64,000 bases of DNA from Halothiobacillaceae bacterium (GTDB lineage: Bacteria > Pseudomonadota > Gammaproteobacteria > Halothiobacillales > Halothiobacillaceae), in the NCBI GenBank assembly GCA_049974825.1, contig JBNGDJ010000001.1, positions 30,993-94,992 on the forward strand. Reading direction: 5' to 3'. Position numbers and translations under genes: made by a program. Positions 36,573-46,017 of the stretch are shown piece after piece. The notes beneath the pieces were generated by a model that searched no databases, was not told the origin of the DNA, and was given only the letters and a program-made list of their open reading frames with translations. Positions within the stretch are counted from its first letter, which is position 1. Every line of letters starts with the position of its first letter.

Positions 36573-39500
36573 ACACGACACCACCCGCCAGCTGCTGGAG
36601 CTCTATGAGCATGCGCTTGCCATCGGATCCAGCCTGGATGCACGGCAAACCGCCCGCAACTTCCTGACATCCTTTGTCAAACGGCAGCAGCTGCCGGGCG
36701 GCGCCATCTGGTGGCGGGAGCCGAAGACCGCCGACGGCCAACCCGAACGCCTGATCCTGCTGGACGCCTTTCCCCGGAACATGGCCCCGGCTGAACACCT
36801 GGATCTGCCACACGCGCTCTGGACGCGGGCGCAGGCAGGGCGGGACAGTCTGGCTGTCCTGCCTGCCGACGAGGCCTGGCCGGATCGGCGCCCGACCAGC
36901 GAATATCCCTGGCTGGCGATCCTGACGCTTGGGCGACACGGCCTGCTGACGCTTGCCATGAACCAGGAAAACCAGGTGACCGAGACGCAGGTCCGGCGTT
37001 GGCAAGCCCTGCGCGACAAGCTGGCAGTGGCGCTGGAAGGGGCCCGGGCGCACGAGGCGCTCGCCGCCAGCGAGCGGACCATGACAGAATCCAACCAGCA
37101 GCTACAGAAGGCCCGGGACACGCTGGAGCTCTATGCCGGCGAGCTGGCGCATACCGAAAGGCGCCTGCGCCGGATCATGGACAACCTGCCTTCGATGTTG
37201 TGGGTCAAGCACCGGGACGGGCGCTACATCCTGGCCAACAATGTCTTTCAGAGCCTGCTGGGTATCACGGAGGCGGCGCTGTTCAATCGCCGGGACAGCG
37301 AGCTTTTCCCGATCGAACTGGCCCGAGTGCTGGGGCACGGCGAACGCGAGGCACTGAAAACGGGCGAGGCGACGCACGAAACGCTGTCCGTCTCCCTGCC
37401 CGGGCAGGAAACCGCCCGCATGCTCGAGATGACCTGGGTTCCGCTGGTCGGCTCGAACGGGGAAATCGGCAGTCTGCTCGGTGTAGCCAATGACGTCACA
37501 GAGCATCTTCAACTCGCACGCAGCCTGCGCGAGAGCGAACGCAGACTGAGCCAGCTTGCCCGGACCGTGGATGTCGCCTTCTGGCTGCGAACGCCTGATC
37601 GCATCCTGTATGTGAACCCCGCTTACGCGACCATCTGGGGCGAGACGACCCGCAGCCTGATTCGCCAGCCCGACCAGTTTCTGGCCGCCGTGCTGCCCGA
37701 CGACCGGGAGCGGGTAGCTGATGCCGTAACCCGCCTTCGACGCAACCGGGAAAACTTCGACGAGACCTTCCGAATCCGGCGTCCTGATGGCCAGATCCGT
37801 TGGGTTCACGCTCGCGCCCAGCCAGTGGGGGAAACCCAGGGTGAACTGCTGACCGCCGGCACGGCCTCGGATATCACCCGCGAGAAACAAACCGAACAGC
37901 GGCTGAGAGCGCAGACCGAACAGCTTCAGACGCTGTTTGACGTGATCCCAGTGGGTATCACCCTGGTCAACGAGCGATCCGAGATCATCGACTGCAACGC
38001 GGCGGCAGAGAAAATCCTGGGCCTGAGCAAGGCCGAACACACCCAGCGACGAATCATCGAGGCAGACTGGACGCTGATGCGCCCGGATGGCAGCCCGATG
38101 CCTGCCGAGGAAATCCCGGCCATTCGCGCGATGCAAACGGGCCGGCCGGTTCAGGATGTCGAGATGCTGCTGGACACGCCGCGGGGTCGGGTTTTTCTGT
38201 CGGTCAATGCCACTCCGGTGGAAAACCAGCACTTCCGGGTTTTGGTTTCCTACGTGGACATCACGAGTCGGCGCCGCGACGAACAGCGCCTGCGCATGGC
38301 GGCCAGCGTGTTCTCACACGCCCGGGAGGGAATCCTGATTACCCTGCCGGACAGCACCATTGTGGATGCAAACCAGGCCTTCGAACAGATCACAGGCTAC
38401 AGCCGAGACGAAGTGATCGGCCGCACGCCGGCCCTTCTGCAGTCCGGCTACCAGGGCGATGAATTCTATGCCGGCATGTGGCGCCAGCTTGTCGAGGACG
38501 GCTACTGGCACGGCGAAATCCGCAACCGCAAGAAAGACGGCGAGGTATACCTCGAATCGCTGACCATCAGCGCGGTCAACGATGAGCGGGGCGAGGTGCA
38601 GCACTATGTCGCGCTGTTCTCCGATATCACGCTGCAGCGCCATCTGCAGGAAGAGCGGATTCACAATGCGGCCCACTACGATCCGCTGACGGGCCTGGCC
38701 AACCGAAGCCTGCTGGATGACCGGCTGCACCAGGCGATCGTTCAGGCCCGGCGCAACGGGCAGGAACTGATGGTCGCCCACCTGGACATCGACAAGTTCA
38801 GCCGCCTGAACGAAATCCACGGCCACGACGCCGGTGACGCGATCCTGCTCGAAGTCGCCCGGCGGGTGCAATCGGTGATGCGCGAGACCGACACGCTGGC
38901 CCGCCTGGGCGGCGATGACCTGATTCTGGTACTGGGCGGACTGGGCAGCCTGCTGGATGGCCAGCAGGTGGTCGACCGTGCCCTGAACGAAATCGAGAAG
39001 CCCGTCGAGATCGGGGAACTGAGTCTGCAGGTCACGGCCAGCGTCGGCATTGCCACCTATCCGCAGGACCAGGATGCCAGCGACGCCGACCAGCTGCTGC
39101 GACAGGCGGACCAGGCCATGTACGAGGCCAAGCTGGACCCGACCAAGCGGTATCACGTGTTCGATGTGGCGCACGACCAGGTAGTCCGCAGCCACCAGGA
39201 GCTGCTGGCACGGCTGGGCCAGGCCCTGGAGAACAATGAACTGCGCCTGCACTACCAGCCCAAGGTCAACATGCGCAGCGGCGAGATCATCGGTGTCGAG
39301 TCGCTGATCCGCTGGCAACATCCGGACCGAGGCCTGCTCGGGCCGGCCGCTTTCATTCCCTCGATCGAGAATCACCCGCTGGACGAGGCCATCGGGGACT
39401 GGGTGATCCGCCGCGGGCTGGAGCAGTTGCTGATCTGGCACGAAACCGGGCTGGACCTGTCGCTCAGCGTCAATGTCTCCACGCGGCAGCTCCAGTCGCC

Positions 39501-40305
39501 GGACTTTGCGCTACGACTGGGCAGGATTCTTGAGGAATACCCGCAATGGTGCCGAAGCCGGCTGGAAATCGAGGTACTCGAATCCGGGGTCATGCTCGAC
39601 ATTCAGAACGCGGCCGAGGTCATGAAGCGCTGCGATGCCCTGGGTGTGCGATTCGCCCTGGACGACTTCGGCACCGGGTACTCGTCTTTGACCTACCTCA
39701 AGCGACTGCCGGCGAAGATCGTCAAGATCGACCAGAGCTTCGTTCGTCACGTGGAAGACGACCCCTCCGACGTGGCGATTCTCGAAACCATCGTGCATCT
39801 GAGCGAGGCATTTTCACGCACCCTGATCGCCGAAGGGGTCGAAGAAGCGCTGCACGGGCAAATCCTGCTGATGCTCGGCTGCGAGTGCGCCCAGGGTTAC
39901 GGCATTGCGCGTCCGATGGATGCGGCCCGGTTCCCCGAATGGGCGCGCAGCTGGTCCGTACCTGCCGTCTGGCGTGACGTCCCCTGCCTGAGCCGGGATC
40001 GAGCCCCGTTGTTGCGCGGCTGGATCGCCCTGCGGCGCTGGCAACGCCAAACCGCGCACGCCCTGGCCGAGGGAGGCAAGCGGCCCACGGTTGCCGGGCT
40101 GGCCCGCGCCCTGACGGACTTGCAGGCGCATCTGGTGTTTCTGGAAGATCGTGCACCCCTGGATGCAATCATCAGTCGGATCGGTGCGTTGCTCGACCAG
40201 CCACAGGATGGTGGTGCGGGAACTCTGGCTCTGCAACAGTCCATCAGCGAGCAGGTTGGCGCACTGTGCGACGCCCTGTTCCAGCGGTTGTTGCGGGCAG
40301 GATAG
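36562..40305 (+). CDS. GAF + 4 PAS + GGDEF (GGDDL) + EAL signalling protein with C-terminal extension
   Basis: ATG 36562 (or GTG 36550). GAF-like N-domain. PAS segments include MDNLPSMLWVKHRDGRYILANNVF, VDVAFWLRTPDRILYVNPAY, FDVIPVGITLVNERSEIIDCN and FSHAREGILITLPDSTIVDANQAF. The GGDEF region reads RETD-TLARL-GGDDL. The EAL region reads EVLES and DDFGTGYSSLTYLKRLPAKIVKIDQSFV. About 120 aa follow the EAL domain. Confidence 0.8.
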   Translation: MSSEHDTTRQLLELYEHALAIGSSLDARQTARNFLTSFVKRQQLPGGAIWWREPKTADGQPERLILLDAFPRNMAPAEHLDLPHALWTRAQAGRDSLAVLPADEAWPDRRPTSEYPWLAILTLGRHGLLTLAMNQENQVTETQVRRWQALRDKLAVALEGARAHEALAASERTMTESNQQLQKARDTLELYAGELAHTERRLRRIMDNLPSMLWVKHRDGRYILANNVFQSLLGITEAALFNRRDSELFPIELARVLGHGEREALKTGEATHETLSVSLPGQETARMLEMTWVPLVGSNGEIGSLLGVANDVTEHLQLARSLRESERRLSQLARTVDVAFWLRTPDRILYVNPAYATIWGETTRSLIRQPDQFLAAVLPDDRERVADAVTRLRRNRENFDETFRIRRPDGQIRWVHARAQPVGETQGELLTAGTASDITREKQTEQRLRAQTEQLQTLFDVIPVGITLVNERSEIIDCNAAAEKILGLSKAEHTQRRIIEADWTLMRPDGSPMPAEEIPAIRAMQTGRPVQDVEMLLDTPRGRVFLSVNATPVENQHFRVLVSYVDITSRRRDEQRLRMAASVFSHAREGILITLPDSTIVDANQAFEQITGYSRDEVIGRTPALLQSGYQGDEFYAGMWRQLVEDGYWHGEIRNRKKDGEVYLESLTISAVNDERGEVQHYVALFSDITLQRHLQEERIHNAAHYDPLTGLANRSLLDDRLHQAIVQARRNGQELMVAHLDIDKFSRLNEIHGHDAGDAILLEVARRVQSVMRETDTLARLGGDDLILVLGGLGSLLDGQQVVDRALNEIEKPVEIGELSLQVTASVGIATYPQDQDASDADQLLRQADQAMYEAKLDPTKRYHVFDVAHDQVVRSHQELLARLGQALENNELRLHYQPKVNMRSGEIIGVESLIRWQHPDRGLLGPAAFIPSIENHPLDEAIGDWVIRRGLEQLLIWHETGLDLSLSVNVSTRQLQSPDFALRLGRILEEYPQWCRSRLEIEVLESGVMLDIQNAAEVMKRCDALGVRFALDDFGTGYSSLTYLKRLPAKIVKIDQSFVRHVEDDPSDVAILETIVHLSEAFSRTLIAEGVEEALHGQILLMLGCECAQGYGIARPMDAARFPEWARSWSVPAVWRDVPCLSRDRAPLLRGWIALRRWQRQTAHALAEGGKRPTVAGLARALTDLQAHLVFLEDRAPLDAIISRIGALLDQPQDGGAGTLALQQSISEQVGALCDALFQRLLRAG

Positions 40306-40637
40306 CCACGGCTGCCTCGCCCGTTGCCGCGCCGCCCCGGACCTGTGCTAGAATCGCGACCTTGATGCAACGGGCAGCCATTGGCGCCCCATTCCACCCC
40401 AGGCACGATGCACGCAGCGATCAGTCCACCTTAGCGCCCCTACCTGCCGGTCACGGGCAGCACCGCCCGACCCATCTTGGCCGTCGCCCGGAGCACTGCG
40501 CGCGCCCGGCGAGCGGCGCCGCAATCCGCGGCAGTCATCAGGCGGAAAATCTTCCGCTTCATCATAAGCCCCTCGCCATTGGCCCCGGACCGCACAGCCG
40601 GCATCAACGCCGACCCCGAGCCCGGCTCACGTCCGTT

Positions 40638-40962
40638 GGGGAAACGCTGCACAAATCCATCCATGGATTTGTCGGCTGACGACAGCTGTAAGGAAACTCT
40701 GCACGAAGCCATCCATGGCTTCATGCAGACACACCCGGGCCGATACATGCTCGGCCCGGGCTCCGCAATTCAATGGCTTACGCCATTGAGCGTTGGGGCA
40801 TCCATGCCCCAATCGGGAATCTCTGCATTCGTGCAGAGATTCCCTAACGCGTCAGATGGCGTTCACACCCAGGCCATGCTCCGCAATTCAATGGCTTGCG
40901 CCATTATGCGGCAGGGCGTCCGAGACCGGCACGGGAAGGTCTGCATTCGTGCAGACCTTCCT
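40638..40962 (+). repeat. Composite of about 1.7 mosaic repeat units, forward orientation
   Basis: It contains module A twice (CTGCACAAATCCATCCATGGATTTGT; CTGCACGAAGCCATCCATGGCTTCATGCAG). It also carries GCCCGGGCCGATACATGCTCGGCCCGGGC and CCGCAATTCAATGGCTT[AG]CGCCATT twice. GGGGCATCCATGCCCC, GGGAATCTCTGCATTCGTGCAGAGATTCCC and GAAGGTCTGCATTCGTGCAGACCTTC are present as well. Confidence 0.9.
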
Positions 40963-41010
40963 TGGGGAAAGAACACGATCAACGACCGAACATTCCGACA
41001 GAGAGTAGAA

Positions 41011-42507
41011 ATGAACTGGTATCGATACCGACAGGAGTGGTTTTCCAATATCCGGGGCGACACGCTGTCCGGCCTGGTGGTGGCCCTGGCACTGATCCCG
41101 GAGGCCATCGCTTTCTCGATCATCGCCGGGTTGGACCCCAAGGTGGGCCTCTACGCCTCGGTCGCCATTGCCATCATGATTGCCTTCACCGGGGCTCGTC
41201 CCGGGATGATCTCCGCGGCCACGGCGGCCACGGCCCTGCTCATGGTCACCCTGGTGGCCGATCACGGACTGGAATACCTGCTGGCAGCCACGATTTTGGC
41301 CGGGGTGCTCCAGATCGTGGCCGGCTACATTCGGCTGGACCGGCTGATGCGATTCATTTCCAACTCGGTCATGACCGGCTTCGTGAATGCGCTCGCTATC
41401 CTGATCTTCATGGCGCAGCTTCCCGAGCTGACCGGCGTCACCTGGCATGTCTACGCGCTGGTCGCGCTGGGGCTGGCGATCATCTACCTGTTCCCCTACC
41501 TGACCAAGTCCGTGCCCTCCCCTCTGGTGACCATCGTGGTGCTGACGCTGATCGCCTGGCTGATCGACCTGGACGTGCGCACCGTCAGTGACATGGGCGA
41601 GCTGCCGGATACCCTGCCGGTCTTCCTGCTGCCGGACATTCCGCTGAATCTCGAAACACTGATGATCATCCTGCCCTACTCGGCCGCCATTGCCGCCGTG
41701 GGCCTGATCGAATCCCTGATGACCCAGAACCTGCTGGACGACATGACCGACACGCGCACCAGCAAGGCACAGGAGTGCAAGGGGCAGGGCATTTCCAACA
41801 TCACTGCCGGCTGCTTTGGCGGGATGGCGGGCTGCGCGATGGTCGGCCAGTCGGTAATCAACATCAAGTCCGGCGGGCGGGGCCGGCTCTCGGCCTTTCT
41901 CGCCGGTGTTTTTTTGCTGATCCTGGTGGTGTTCCTTGAGCCGCTGATTGCCGTCGTGCCCATGGCCGCCTTGGTCGCCGTGATGATCATGGTGTCCATC
42001 GGGACCTTCAGCTGGAGCTCGATCCGGGACCTGAAGAAACACCCGCTCAGCACCAATGTGGTGATGGTCATGACGGTGATCGTCACGGTTGCCACCCACA
42101 ACCTGGCCTACGGCGTGCTGACCGGCGTGCTCCTGGCAGCCATGTTCTTCGCCAACAAGATCGGGCAGTACATGGTCGTGCGTTCCGATCGTGACGAGCA
42201 TCCCGCCCAGGAAGGCCATCAGCGCCGCTACGAAGTCATCGGCCAGGTATTCTTTGCCTCCACCGAGAAATTCATGGCGTCCTTTGACTACAAGGAAGAC
42301 TTGGATAAGGTCATTATCGACCTGTCCAAGGCGCATTTCTGGGACATCACTGCGGTGACAGCGCTCGACAAGGTCGTGATCAACTTCCGGCGGGAGGGGA
42401 TCGAGGTGATTGTCGAGGGCATGAACGAAGCCACGGCCACCATCGTCGACAAGCACGCGGTGCACGACAAGCCCGACGCCGCAGAAAAACTCATGGGCGG
42501 CCACTGA
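41011..42507 (+). CDS. SulP-family anion transporter with C-terminal STAS domain
   Basis: From ATG 41011: [50 protein letters not shown] is the SulP signature region. Multiple TMs follow. The STAS-like end reads [15 protein letters not shown] ... [16 protein letters not shown]. The ORF-track start at 40477 reads through the repeat. Confidence 0.85.
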   Translation: MNWYRYRQEWFSNIRGDTLSGLVVALALIPEAIAFSIIAGLDPKVGLYASVAIAIMIAFTGARPGMISAATAATALLMVTLVADHGLEYLLAATILAGVLQIVAGYIRLDRLMRFISNSVMTGFVNALAILIFMAQLPELTGVTWHVYALVALGLAIIYLFPYLTKSVPSPLVTIVVLTLIAWLIDLDVRTVSDMGELPDTLPVFLLPDIPLNLETLMIILPYSAAIAAVGLIESLMTQNLLDDMTDTRTSKAQECKGQGISNITAGCFGGMAGCAMVGQSVINIKSGGRGRLSAFLAGVFLLILVVFLEPLIAVVPMAALVAVMIMVSIGTFSWSSIRDLKKHPLSTNVVMVMTVIVTVATHNLAYGVLTGVLLAAMFFANKIGQYMVVRSDRDEHPAQEGHQRRYEVIGQVFFASTEKFMASFDYKEDLDKVIIDLSKAHFWDITAVTALDKVVINFRREGIEVIVEGMNEATATIVDKHAVHDKPDAAEKLMGGH

Positions 42508-42523
42508 GGGAGGAGTACGGACC

Positions 42524-43387
42524 ATGACAGAACAGACACCGCAGGTCTATGCCTGCATCGACGGCTCCCGGTCGACACCGGCCGTGAGCGAATACGCAAT
42601 CTGGGCATCGACCTCCCTGGGCGCGCCGCTCACGTTCCTGCACGTGATCAACAATCCGCACGCCCCGACCGAGACGGACCTGTCCGGCAACATGGGCCTG
42701 GGCACGCGCGAGAAACTGCTGGAACAGATGGTCGAGCTTGAAGAGCAGCGCGGCAAGCTCGAACGCGAGCGCGGACGCGGCCTTCTGGCGGAGGTCAGCC
42801 AGCTGGCGCGCGATCGCGGCGTGGCAAAACCTGGTGAACTGCTGCGCAATGGCAACGTCACCGAGGTGATCCTGGAACTGGAGGAAAACACCCGGCTGCT
42901 GGTTCTGGGCAAGCAGGGGAAGGACGGCGAGATGGTATCGCTGCACGTGGGCAGCCATCTGGAAAGCATCCTCAGGATGATCCACAAGCCCGTGCTGATT
43001 ACGCCGCTGGAGTTTACCCGGCCCGAGTCGTTCCTGATTGCCTATGACGGCAGCCCGACAGCCTACAAGCTGGTTGAACGGGTCGCCCAGAGTCCCTTTG
43101 TGAAGGGCCTCCCGGTGCATGTGCTGATGATCGGCGACGACGAGCAGCGCAACTGGGAGAAGCTGCACTCGGCCCGGACAGAACTGGCCAAGAACGGCTT
43201 TGAGGTGACGGTGGCCATCCGCCCGGGCAAGGTCGACGAGGCCATCTCGCTGTATATCGAGGAAAAGGGCATCGACCTTTTGGCGATGGGGGCCTACGGA
43301 CACAGCCGCATCCGCCAGCTGGTCCTGGGGAGCACTACCACCAAGATGATCATGAAGGCGCAGGTGCCACTGCTCGTGCTGCGCTGA
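42524..43387 (+). CDS. Tandem universal stress protein (UspA family)
   Basis: Two Usp domains, ending in LLVLGKQGKDG and LLAMGAYGHSRIRQLVLGSTTTKMIMKAQVPLLVLR. GAGGGAGGAG is the RBS. Confidence 0.8.
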   Translation: MTEQTPQVYACIDGSRSTPAVSEYAIWASTSLGAPLTFLHVINNPHAPTETDLSGNMGLGTREKLLEQMVELEEQRGKLERERGRGLLAEVSQLARDRGVAKPGELLRNGNVTEVILELEENTRLLVLGKQGKDGEMVSLHVGSHLESILRMIHKPVLITPLEFTRPESFLIAYDGSPTAYKLVERVAQSPFVKGLPVHVLMIGDDEQRNWEKLHSARTELAKNGFEVTVAIRPGKVDEAISLYIEEKGIDLLAMGAYGHSRIRQLVLGSTTTKMIMKAQVPLLVLR

Positions 43388-43434
43388 TCGACCGCCCTTC
43401 CCCCGGCGCGTTTTCCCAAGAGGCAATCGAGAAG

Positions 43435-44682
43435 ATGGACCCGGCAACTACAGCCTGGCTGGCGCTGCTCTCCGGCGCGGGGCTGATCGGGCTGGTTTTC
43501 GGCCTGTTCGCCGCGGCTACGCGCTATTGCAACATGGGCGCGATCGCTGACTGGGTGAACATGGGAGATACCGGCCGCTTCCGTGCCTGGCTGCTCTCCA
43601 TCGCCGTCGCGGCAGCCGGGGTCGCCATCCTGGAGTTTTCCGGCTGGCTGAGCCTGGACGAAACCCGCGCCGGCTACCGGATGGCGGAGTTTCCCATCCT
43701 GCGCTACCTGCTGGGCGGGCTGACCTTCGGGGTCGGGATGGTCCTTGCCGGCGGCTGCACCACCCGGACCCTGGTGCGCATTGGCAGCGGCAACCTTCAG
43801 GCGGTTTTGGTGTACTTGCTGGTCGGCCTGACGGCGGCCGGTCTGCTTTACCTGCCCGGGGTGCGGATCTGGACCGAGCAGGCACTGCACTGGCCGGGCT
43901 GGAGCTTTCAGGGGCTTGGACTGCCCGGCCAGGATCTGGGGACACTGGCCAGCGCCCTGCCGACTACGCTGCCGCTGGCCGCCCTGAGGCTGGGCGCCAC
44001 GGCCCTGATGGTCGCGCTACTGGCCTGGCTGATCTGGCGCCTGAGCCGAGGTCAAGCCATGCGTCCGCGTGATCAGGTCGGTGGACTCACCATCGGGCTG
44101 GCCGTGATCGCCGGCTGGGCCTTGACCGCCAGTCCCGCCGGCACCGCACTGATGACCGAGGCCACCGCCGCCTTCACGCCACCAGCCGGTACCGGGGCGC
44201 AGTCACTGACCTTTGTGGCCCCGGCAGCCGAGCTGCTGCGCTTTGGCACCTCGCCGAGCCTGGCACTGCTGACGTTCGGCCTGGCGGCCATGCTCGGCGT
44301 CATCCTGGGCTCCGGGCTCTGGTTTGTCTACCGGGGCCAATGGCGTTGGCAAGGATTTGGAAACCGGAGCGAATGGATTCGCCAAGGGGTCGGGGCCGTC
44401 CTGATGGGCGCCGGTGGGGTCGTGGCCATGGGCTGCAGCGTGGGTCAGGGCATTACCGGCGTGTCGACACTCGCCCTGGGCAGCCTGACCGCCCTGGCCG
44501 GCATGATGCTGGGCAGCTTTCTGGCCCTGAAGGTGCTTTTCTACCGGGTGGTCTACCCGGATGCCGGGTTGCCGACCGTATTTCTGGCGCTGGCGACCGA
44601 CGTGAAACTTCGCCCGGCAAGCCAACATCCGCTGGCCGGGGATATCACCCCGGAACGACGTCCGCGCAGCTGCCGAGACTGA
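43435..44682 (+). CDS. YeeE/YedE-family sulfur-compound (thiosulfate-type) transporter
   Basis: Polytopic membrane protein with the family's conserved Cys loops (RYCNMGAI, AGGCTTRTLVRIG, AMGCSVGQGITG). Confidence 0.7.
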   Translation: MDPATTAWLALLSGAGLIGLVFGLFAAATRYCNMGAIADWVNMGDTGRFRAWLLSIAVAAAGVAILEFSGWLSLDETRAGYRMAEFPILRYLLGGLTFGVGMVLAGGCTTRTLVRIGSGNLQAVLVYLLVGLTAAGLLYLPGVRIWTEQALHWPGWSFQGLGLPGQDLGTLASALPTTLPLAALRLGATALMVALLAWLIWRLSRGQAMRPRDQVGGLTIGLAVIAGWALTASPAGTALMTEATAAFTPPAGTGAQSLTFVAPAAELLRFGTSPSLALLTFGLAAMLGVILGSGLWFVYRGQWRWQGFGNRSEWIRQGVGAVLMGAGGVVAMGCSVGQGITGVSTLALGSLTALAGMMLGSFLALKVLFYRVVYPDAGLPTVFLALATDVKLRPASQHPLAGDITPERRPRSCRD

Positions 44683-44697
44683 TCCGCTCCGCGCAGG

Positions 44698-45621
44698 TCA
44701 CATGCTCTCGTATTCGAGGAAGGCACGGTTCATGTTGGGGCCGTGCCAGCTCTCATAGTGCTCCAGGTGCATGAATTCCGGGCGCTCTCGGTGGGCATCC
44801 ATGACATCCGACAGAGCCTCGAAGTTGCGGGCCGACTCGCCCACCACCTCGACCAAAAAGTCATAATAGGCGAGGGTGTCGCGCTCGACCCGCGCCATGT
44901 CACTGACCTGCCCATGCCCGGGCACCACGTACTCGGGATCAAGCGCACGCAATCGCTGGCCCGCAGCATGGGCATTGGCAACGCTGGACCAGGGATGAAC
45001 CCCGAGCATCCGGTCGACGTACACAAGATCCCCGGTAAAGACGACGTCCTGACGCGGCAGGTAGAGCATGGCATCCCCGGGAAAGTGGGCGTCGGTCAGG
45101 CTCAGCACGAGGGCCTCGCCACCCAGCGTGATCTCGGTCTCGGCGCCCGCAAGGGCCCGGTCGGCGTAGGCTGGCACCGTCCCCTCCAGCCGCTCGCCCA
45201 GGGCCTCGGCGAGGCGGCCTTCCATGAGCTGGTCGGCAAAACGCTTCTGGGCGGCCACCGTCTGTTCAAAGGCGATCACTTCGGCGCCCTGCTCAAGAAA
45301 GTAGTCATTGCCCAGCCAGCGGTGATCCTGCACCCCGAGGTTGATCACCCATCGGATCGGCTGGTCGGTCACCTGTGCCACGGCGTCACGGATCAGTGGC
45401 CCGCTGAAACGGCTCGGCCCCGAGTCGACCAGGATGACGCCGGACTCGGTGACCACAAACCCGTAGTTGGCATTCATGCCGTGGTTTTCGAAGGTCCGTG
45501 CGTCGGTCGGCCCGATAATCGCGTAGACATTGTCCACGACCTGCTCCGGCTGCGGGATGTAGGTTTGCCCGGCCAGTACCGGCATGGAACACAGCGACAG
45601 GATCAGCATCAGAAAACGCAT
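44698..45621 (-). CDS. Secreted metallo-beta-lactamase-fold protein with degenerate HxHxDH motif
   Basis: ATG 45621 with GAGG RBS. Signal peptide MRFLMLILSLCSMPVLAG. MBL-fold pattern VYAIIGP, GFVVTESGVILVDSG, WVINLGVQDHRWLGN (in place of THxHxDH), TDAHFPGD, FTGDLVY and VPGHG. Confidence 0.65.
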   Translation of the reverse strand: MRFLMLILSLCSMPVLAGQTYIPQPEQVVDNVYAIIGPTDARTFENHGMNANYGFVVTESGVILVDSGPSRFSGPLIRDAVAQVTDQPIRWVINLGVQDHRWLGNDYFLEQGAEVIAFEQTVAAQKRFADQLMEGRLAEALGERLEGTVPAYADRALAGAETEITLGGEALVLSLTDAHFPGDAMLYLPRQDVVFTGDLVYVDRMLGVHPWSSVANAHAAGQRLRALDPEYVVPGHGQVSDMARVERDTLAYYDFLVEVVGESARNFEALSDVMDAHRERPEFMHLEHYESWHGPNMNRAFLEYESM

Positions 45622-46017
45622 TCGAAAACCTCGTGTCAAATATGCGTGGAACGCTTTCCGCGCCAGTGCGCGGCTGGCCGGCGCGGGCGAATCACAATGC
45701 AATGGCTCCTGCCACGCGTCTAATGGCAGGACATCCACCTTCGCGCTTCGCGCATCGAACCAGGCATCAAGTCCGGGTCCGTGACAGCCTCATGCTACCG
45801 AAAATCCGGATACCCGGATAAATGATATCGGCAAAAGCCCCGGAAAGGGTCATGAAAGGTGCCCTGCCGCGAGCGCCCCCCATGCCGGTCGGCAGTTTCC
45901 CGTTATCGGAGCGGCCTGCTCGACCAGTCACTGCCACCCCGCCCGCGCTGGCCCGAGCGCAGCCGCGAGGCGAAGCCGAAAAAATGTTCTGGCAGGACCC
46001 GGGCCTGCGCGCAGGGC

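Noticed and set aside
40477-41010. N-terminal extensions of real genes through repeat DNA (SulP 40477, kinase 51443, uvrA 46996, yigZ 60491, soxY 55046, dksA 31128, bolA 33358)
   Set aside because: The extensions translate mosaic-repeat or spacer sequence and lack RBS support. Conserved protein N-termini start at the internal ATGs given in the feature list.
45804-45819. Palindrome ATCCGG-ATAC-CCGGAT in the MBL/ssb spacer, and a CCTGCGCGCAGG palindrome just after the ssb stop
   Set aside because: These are short 6-bp arms, expected by chance in GC-rich DNA. There is no T-run for a terminator and no nearby regulator to link them to.
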